A stretch of 64,000 nt of DNA, taken from Gammaproteobacteria bacterium (GTDB taxonomy: Bacteria; Pseudomonadota; Gammaproteobacteria; Eutrophobiales; Eutrophobiaceae). The notes beneath the pieces were generated by a model, which had not been told where the DNA came from, did not search any database, and saw nothing but the letters and a program-made list of their open reading frames with translations. This document shows positions 58,353 through 64,000 of this stretch, piece after piece. Made by a program: the position numbers and the translations under genes. The stretch's first letter is position 1. Every line of letters starts with the position of its first letter. The DNA lies in contig CAXMWX010000003.1 of assembly GCA_963422205.2 (NCBI GenBank), forward strand, positions 224,001-288,000, written 5' to 3'.

Positions 58353-58903
58353 ACCTCCATCTCCGTTCAGAGAAAAGCCTGCAGGAGGTATTTATCCTGC
58401 GGACTTTTGGGGAATAGGGTTCTGTCTCTTTGTTAGAGAGAAAATAGCAGGAAGCGAATCATCAAATCGTCACGATATCCTTGTCGCTTTATACAATATC
58501 CCCATGAGGCATCGAATCGATGAACGATGTTACGATGTCGTTTTCTCAAAGCTCAAAGAAGTATCGGGAAGCCCTCAGCAAATAAACCCATTGCGCCGCA
58601 TAACACGATCTACGTTACCATCGAGATCATCCACAAGAAGTGAGTCGCCGGGCTGAAGAATTCGGTCAATGATCGGGTCGGGCTACACACAATCGGTCCA
58701 GCCGATGTTTGATGGTGTGACTAACTTGATCGTGCATTATTGGATCAATGTGCGGCGTACCCTTGGCCGCGAATTGCGGCACTTTGCTGCAACGAAGTCG
58801 GCTACCAAGGGTTCTAGTCTGTCTGGATCATCACTGCAGCAAAACAGACCAAAAACAGCAAGAGTCTTGGAAGTTAAGCGCCAGTGAACAGGTGCTACGC
58901 TTC

Positions 58904-58933
58904 CCTGTCTGCGTGCTGACACGCACAGGTAGG
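58904..58933 (+). repeat. 30-nt palindromic micro-insertion, copy 1
   Basis: CCTGTCTGCGTGCTGACACGCACAGGTAGG. Confidence 0.8.
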
Positions 58934-59275
58934 TGAAATGACTAGGGAAAACAGGCATTCCATCCGTTCCTTAAATCACCGAGCAGAATGTTCGGAAACT
59001 GATCCGCTGTTTTGCCCTGGAGTTGACCGCCTCCGACAGTGCCCGATTGACCGGCATTCGCCTGAGCTCGGTACACCCGATTTCCCTCAAACTGCGCCAG
59101 CGCATCGCGGATTTTTGTGAACAACAATCGCCCTTTGTCGGCGCGGTCGAAGTGAATGAATCCTGCTTTGACCCGCAGCGCGGTCGCGGTGCCAAGCAGA
59201 AAACCCTCGTCTTTGGTCTACTCCAGCGCCACGGGCAGCGGTTCACGGAGATCCTGCCCGATGCCCGCAACGCCA

Positions 59276-59302
59276 CCTGTCTGCGTGCATCGCACAGGCA
59301 GG
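59276..59302 (+). repeat. 27-nt palindromic micro-insertion, copy 2 (in frame)
   Basis: CCTGTCTGCGTGCATCGCACAGGCAGG; removal restores NATLPAVIRGKV. Confidence 0.8.
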
Positions 59303-59623
59303 CACTGCCAGCGGTGATCCGGGGAAAAGTCGCGCCCGAGAGCATGATCCACTCCGATGGTTGGCGGGGTGATCATGGCCTAGTCGATATGGGCTACGTC
59401 AGGCACTTTCGGGTTGCACACGGGGCCAATGCGTTTGCCAACCAGCCCAGTCACATCCATGGCATGGAGTCGTTCTGGGCCTCATACCATATTGAGCCAA
59501 ACGGCGGCTGAGTGCCAGCAAAGGCATTTGTAGAGAGAGGTTTTATGATCATCTCAAAGAGACCGAATTTCGATTTAATCATCGCCGTGATACCCTCTAT
59601 CAGGTTATCTTGAAACTGCTTCG

Positions 59624-59653
59624 CCTGCCTGTGCGTGTCCGCACGCAGACAGG
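59624..59653 (-). repeat. 30-nt palindromic micro-insertion, copy 3 (in frame, inverted)
   Basis: Reverse complement CCTGTCTGCGTGCGGACACGCACAGGCAGG; removal restores LKLLREKP. Confidence 0.85.
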
Positions 59654-59794
59654 TGAGAAGCCAATGCAGACCGCTTAACTTCCTAAGAGTCAAAATTTAT
59701 ATCAATGCGACAGGACTCCAGGGCTGAGTTGCAGCAAGACAGCGCATCATCTAAAATGGCTATCGTTGTCAGATGTCCTGATGGAGTAGCCGGA

Positions 59795-61219
59795 TTAAAA
59801 ATGCAGGGTGCGGTTATCCACGGCCAGGGCGGCCTCGTGCAGGGCCTCGGCCAGGGTCGGGTGGGCATGGATGGTGCGGGCTATGTCCTCGGCACTGCCG
59901 TCAAACTCCATCGCCAGCACGGCCTCGGCAATCAACTCTGATGCCGTTGGGCCGAGTATGTGAACGCCCAGGATACGATCGGTTTTTGCATCGCTGAGTA
60001 TCTTCACCCTGCCGCTGGTATCGCCCATCGCCCGCGCCCGACCGCTGGCCATGAAGGGAAACTCACCCGCCCTGTATGCCGTCCCTGCACGCTTTAACTC
60101 TTGCTCGTTCTGGCCGGCCCAGGCGATCTCCGGCCAGGTGTAAATCACCCAGGGGATGGCATCATAGTTGATATGGCTTGCCTTGCCAGCGATGCGCTCG
60201 GCAACGGCGATGCCCTCCTCGGATGCCTTGTGTGCGAGCATGGGGCCTCTTACCACATCGCCGATGGCATACACATCGGGCAGGTTAGTCTTGCAATGAT
60301 CATCGACCACAATGAAGCCGCGCTCGCTGATCGCAAGCCCGGCCTGTTCAGCTCCCAGACCGCTGGTATTCGGTTTTCTGCCAACGGCAACGATCAGCTT
60401 GTCTACCACCAGCTGTTGTTTACCTTCTTTATCCTCATAGGTGATGGTGACTTCCCGGTTATTGGAGCCGGTGCCGGTGACCTTGGCACCGAGGCGGACA
60501 TCCAGCCCCTGTTTGCACAGGACTTTTTCGGCTTCTGTGGCGATCTGTCTGTCAACGGGGCTGAGAAACTCATCCATGGCTTCAAGGATAATGACCGTTG
60601 CGCCCAGCCGGTTCCAGACGCTGCCCAACTCCAGCCCAATCACGCCGGCACCGATAACGCCCAGCCGTCTGGGTACCTCCGTCATCGCCAGAGCACCGGT
60701 TGAGTCGAGAATTAATTCCTGATCGACAGGGGCAGGGGGGATCTGCATGGGCACGGAGCCGGTAGCCAGGATGATATGCCGGCCCTTGACGATATAAGGA
60801 TCGGCCGCCTCGGCGGTATTGGGGCTGATCTCAATCTGCCCATCGCCAAGCAGCCTGCCGTGTCCCTGCAACCAGGCCACCTTGTGCTTTTTAAACAAGC
60901 CAGAGATGCCCTGTGTCAGTGTTTTCACCAGGGTGTTTTTGCGCTCCAGCATTTTGTGTATATCACATGTTGCTCCATGGGCATTGATGCCATGATGACT
61001 GGCTTCGTGTTTCAAAAACGCATAATGATGAGAGGTATCGAGCAGGGCTTTTGAGGGAATGCAACCGACATTCAGGCAGGTGCCGCCAAGCACAGGTTGA
61101 TCTCTATCATTCAACCAGCCTTCAACACAGGCGGTGTTCAGGCCCAACTGGGCCGAGCGGATGGCGGCAACATACCCGCCGGGGCCGCCGCCGATAACAA
61201 CCACGTCAAAATTTCTCAT
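59795..61219 (-). CDS. lpdA: dihydrolipoyl dehydrogenase
   Basis: GGGPGGY, GGTCLNVGCIPSK, HAHPT. Confidence 0.96.
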   Translation of the reverse strand: MRNFDVVVIGGGPGGYVAAIRSAQLGLNTACVEGWLNDRDQPVLGGTCLNVGCIPSKALLDTSHHYAFLKHEASHHGINAHGATCDIHKMLERKNTLVKTLTQGISGLFKKHKVAWLQGHGRLLGDGQIEISPNTAEAADPYIVKGRHIILATGSVPMQIPPAPVDQELILDSTGALAMTEVPRRLGVIGAGVIGLELGSVWNRLGATVIILEAMDEFLSPVDRQIATEAEKVLCKQGLDVRLGAKVTGTGSNNREVTITYEDKEGKQQLVVDKLIVAVGRKPNTSGLGAEQAGLAISERGFIVVDDHCKTNLPDVYAIGDVVRGPMLAHKASEEGIAVAERIAGKASHINYDAIPWVIYTWPEIAWAGQNEQELKRAGTAYRAGEFPFMASGRARAMGDTSGRVKILSDAKTDRILGVHILGPTASELIAEAVLAMEFDGSAEDIARTIHAHPTLAEALHEAALAVDNRTLHF

Positions 61220-61235
61220 CTCATCACCTTCGCCT

Positions 61236-62600
61236 TTAGATTTGCAGCAGCAGCCTGGCGGGGTCTTCCAGTTGCTGTTTGATTGTGACCAGAAAGGAGA
61301 CGGCCTCGCGCCCATCAATGATGCGATGATCGTATGAGAGTGCCAGATACATCACCGGCCGGATAACCACCTGGCCATGTTCAGCGACCGGCCGCTCCTG
61401 AATCTTGTGCATCCCCAAGATCGCACTTTGCGGCGGGTTGATGATAGGCGTGGAGAGCAGCGAGCCGAAGATGCCGCCGTTGGTAATGGTAAATGTGCCG
61501 CCAGTGAGATCATCAATCGTGAGTTTGCTGTCGCGTGCTTTTGCGCCGTAATCTCTGATCTGTGCTTCAATTTCAGCGAAGCTCAAGGTATCGGCATCGC
61601 GCACAACCGGCACCACCAGCCCCCTGGGCGCACTGACCGCAATACCAATATCAAAATAGCCGTGATAGATGATATCGTTACCCGCTATGGAGGCATTGAT
61701 GAGCGGGAATTTTTTCAGTGCCTCCACCGTGGCCTTGGTAAAAAATGACATAAAGCCCAGCTTCACGCCATGATTTTTTTCAAAGTCATCTTTGTAACGT
61801 TGACGCAGTTCCATCACTGGCTGCATATTCACGTCGTTAAACGTGGTCAGGATGGCGTTTTCCTGTTGTGCTGCTAACAGGCGCTCGGCCGTGCGCCGCC
61901 GCAGGCGGGTCATGGGCACCTGCTCTTCCAGTCGCCCGGCCTCTTTTGTTTCGGTGTTATCAATGGCTTCAGCCGCAGGTTGCAGGACAGGTGTATGGGC
62001 CGGTGCGGCGATGGGTGTTGGCGCTGGCGGGGGGGCAGCCTCACGCGGCTGCTGTTCGGGCGCCTCGCTCGCTTGCCGGGTGATGGGTGTGGTCGCTTCA
62101 CTGACAGCAGGTGGCTTTGCCTGAAGCTGGTCAATGTGTGCCAGCACGTCTTCCCTGGTGATTCGATCATCGCTGTGACGGATATCAGCCGCATTCAGCC
62201 GATGTTCCTCCAACAGGTGGCGCACAGCGGGGCTTAGCTTGGCAGTCGCCAGACTGCCATCGTCCACTGGCAGTGATTGCTGTGTCGGTATGGCCGCTGG
62301 TGCGGGCGCTGCCGCCCTGGCAGCAGGTGCGGGTTTCACAGCGGCCTTGTCCGCAGCCCCAGCATCGGTGTTGATCCTGGCAATCACCTCATCGCTTGCC
62401 ACATCTTCGCCATCGTTTTTGATGATCTCAACCAACACGCCATCATTCGGTGCCGCCACTTCCAGCGTGACCTTATCCGTTTCTATGTCGATCAGGGAAT
62501 CGCCACGCAAGACCTTGTCTCCGGTTTTTTTATGCCAGTTCATTAGTGTTGCCTCGGCAACGGATTCTGCAAGAATCGGGACTTTGACTTCGACAAGCAC
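61236..62600 (-). CDS. sucB: 2-oxoglutarate dehydrogenase E2
   Basis: IETDKV lipoyl domain, LSPAVR E3-binding, YDHRIIDG. Confidence 0.96.
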   Translation of the reverse strand: MLVEVKVPILAESVAEATLMNWHKKTGDKVLRGDSLIDIETDKVTLEVAAPNDGVLVEIIKNDGEDVASDEVIARINTDAGAADKAAVKPAPAARAAAPAPAAIPTQQSLPVDDGSLATAKLSPAVRHLLEEHRLNAADIRHSDDRITREDVLAHIDQLQAKPPAVSEATTPITRQASEAPEQQPREAAPPPAPTPIAAPAHTPVLQPAAEAIDNTETKEAGRLEEQVPMTRLRRRTAERLLAAQQENAILTTFNDVNMQPVMELRQRYKDDFEKNHGVKLGFMSFFTKATVEALKKFPLINASIAGNDIIYHGYFDIGIAVSAPRGLVVPVVRDADTLSFAEIEAQIRDYGAKARDSKLTIDDLTGGTFTITNGGIFGSLLSTPIINPPQSAILGMHKIQERPVAEHGQVVIRPVMYLALSYDHRIIDGREAVSFLVTIKQQLEDPARLLLQI

Positions 62601-62630
62601 GGGTTATCTCCTCACTAGGTTAGTCGATGA

Positions 62631-64000
62631 TTATCGGATCATGTTGCCCAAATGCGCTGTAGCTGCCTGGGTAACTTCAAGTTTATCTAATTGCAGGGCA
62701 TCTTCCACCAGTTGATTTTGTTGTAGCTGGTGCAGGCGCATATAACCTGCTGCCGGGGAGGCGGAATAAAAGCGCCCGGCATAACCGAATTTATGCTGCT
62801 CGTTAAGGCAGCCGATCATCGTCCCGCGCGATTGCATATAATACCAACTGCCCTGGTTTTTCGGCTCTTCCTGCACCCAGACAACTTCGCTTGCGTTTTT
62901 GTAGGACTGGATGATCGCTTTCAACTCCTCGCCAGGGAAGGGAAACAGCTGCTCCAAGCGTATGATAGCGATATTTTTTATCCCGTTTTCGCGTCTTGCC
63001 AGCAGCAGATCGAAATACACCTTGCCGCTACAGATCAACAGGCGGGTGATGTCGCCCTTGGGCAGCGCATCCGTCTCATCAATAACACACTGGAACCTGC
63101 CGTTGATCAGTTGCTCGCATGTGGAGGTGGACAGCTTGTTGCGTAGCAGGCTCTTCGGACTCATGACAATCAGGGGCTTGCGGTACGGACGGATGACCTG
63201 GCGCCTGAGCAGATGGAACATCTGTGCCGGGGTGCTGGGGAAACAGACCTGCATGTTATCGCGCGCGCATAATTGCAGGAAACGCTCCAGGCGTGCCGAG
63301 GAGTGCTCCGGCCCCTGGCCATCGTAGCCATGCGGCAGCAGCACGGTCAGGCCGCAATAGCGTCCCCATTTGGCCTCACAGGAGCTGATAAACTGATCGA
63401 AGACCACCTGTGCGCCATTGGCAAAATCACCAAACTGTGCCTCCCAGATGACCAGGGCATTGGGCTCAGAGGAACTGTAGCCGTACTCAAATGCCAGCAC
63501 GGCCTCCTCAGACAGCGTGGAATTGATCACCAGGAAAGACGGCTGGCCATCTTTGATATGTTGCAGCGGTAGAAATTTATCGCCATCGGCCTGGTTATGA
63601 ATGACGGCATGGCGATGAAAAAACGTCCCCCGGCCGCTGTCCTGGCCGGAGATGCGTATCGGGAAGCCTTCCCCCAGCAGGGCGGCATACGCCAAGTTCT
63701 CGGCGAAACCCCAGTCCATATCCAACTCACCGGCGCCCATTTTTGCCCGGTTTTTCAAGATGCGGGCAACAGTCGGGTGCAGGTCAAAATGTTCAGGGAC
63801 GGTGGTCAGGATGGCGGTTAATTCGGCGATGGCCGCCGCTGTGATCGCCGTATCCACCGGCGCATCCCATGAAGTGTCTCTGAAAGGATCGAAGTTGATC
63901 AAATACCGGGTATCGGCATGCGTTGCTTTGGTGCCGGCAACGCTCTGGTTGGACTCCAGTGAATCAATGTACGTTGCTGCCATCCGGGTTGCCTCATCGG
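62631..64000 (-). CDS. sucA: 2-oxoglutarate dehydrogenase E1, 5' end outside window
   Basis: GQDSGRGTFFHRHA, WEAQFGDFANGAQ, HGYDGQGPEHSSAR, QEEPKNQG. Confidence 0.96.
   Translation of the reverse strand, partial: DEATRMAATYIDSLESNQSVAGTKATHADTRYLINFDPFRDTSWDAPVDTAITAAAIAELTAILTTVPEHFDLHPTVARILKNRAKMGAGELDMDWGFAENLAYAALLGEGFPIRISGQDSGRGTFFHRHAVIHNQADGDKFLPLQHIKDGQPSFLVINSTLSEEAVLAFEYGYSSSEPNALVIWEAQFGDFANGAQVVFDQFISSCEAKWGRYCGLTVLLPHGYDGQGPEHSSARLERFLQLCARDNMQVCFPSTPAQMFHLLRRQVIRPYRKPLIVMSPKSLLRNKLSTSTCEQLINGRFQCVIDETDALPKGDITRLLICSGKVYFDLLLARRENGIKNIAIIRLEQLFPFPGEELKAIIQSYKNASEVVWVQEEPKNQGSWYYMQSRGTMIGCLNEQHKFGYAGRFYSASPAAGYMRLHQLQQNQLVEDALQLDKLEVTQAATAHLGNMIR

Larger units (their letters stand above)
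58862..59690 (+). mobile_element. decayed IS1595-family insertion sequence
   Basis: Terminal IRs GAGTCTTGGAAGTTAAGCG / CGCTTAACTTCCTAAGAGTC; frameshifted transposase with VEVNESCF, VFGLL, IHSDGWRG, HIHGMESFW, HLKETEFRFNHR. Confidence 0.85.

Noticed and set aside
58430-58860. Possible gene remnant between the peroxidase and the IS
   Set aside because: Frames are short or interrupted and I recognise no family
58904-59653. Copies 1 and 3 of the 30-mer as the IS terminal inverted repeats
   Set aside because: True IRs lie outside them (58862-58880 and 59671-59690), a third copy is internal, and the paralogous remnant lacks the 30-mer

Overview
This is a chromosomal window from a gammaproteobacterium, judged from the rRNA sequence and gene order. 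Most of it is core genome: tyrS, one rrn operon, carAB-greA-rlmE-ftsH-glmM, serA, dapD, leuB-asd-fimV-truA-trpFBA-accD-folC-dedD-cvpA-purF, phaR-phaA and sucA-sucB-lpdA. Three accessory areas are present: a Rieske oxygenase cluster, a PQQ/cytochrome c/molybdoenzyme redox cluster, and an AT-richer island with a C-protein-regulated type II R-M system, a heme peroxidase and IS1595 relics. The most striking feature is the rrn operon. It carries five hairpin inserts whose arms are inverted arrays of one 7-nt repeat (consensus CAGAAGA/CAGAGGA): in the 16S helix-9 region, twice in the ITS, in 23S helix 9 and in 23S helix 45. The helix-45 copy encodes a four-helix-bundle (IVP/Avd-like) protein whose likely SD and ATG lie inside the heptamers. 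The 23S also has a group I intron at position 1917 with a LAGLIDADG endonuclease. Separately, three 27-30 nt palindromic micro-insertions sit in a decayed IS1595, and an empty-site paralog in the same window shows one inserted in frame without a target duplication. All calls are by eye and motif recognition; no searches were run.
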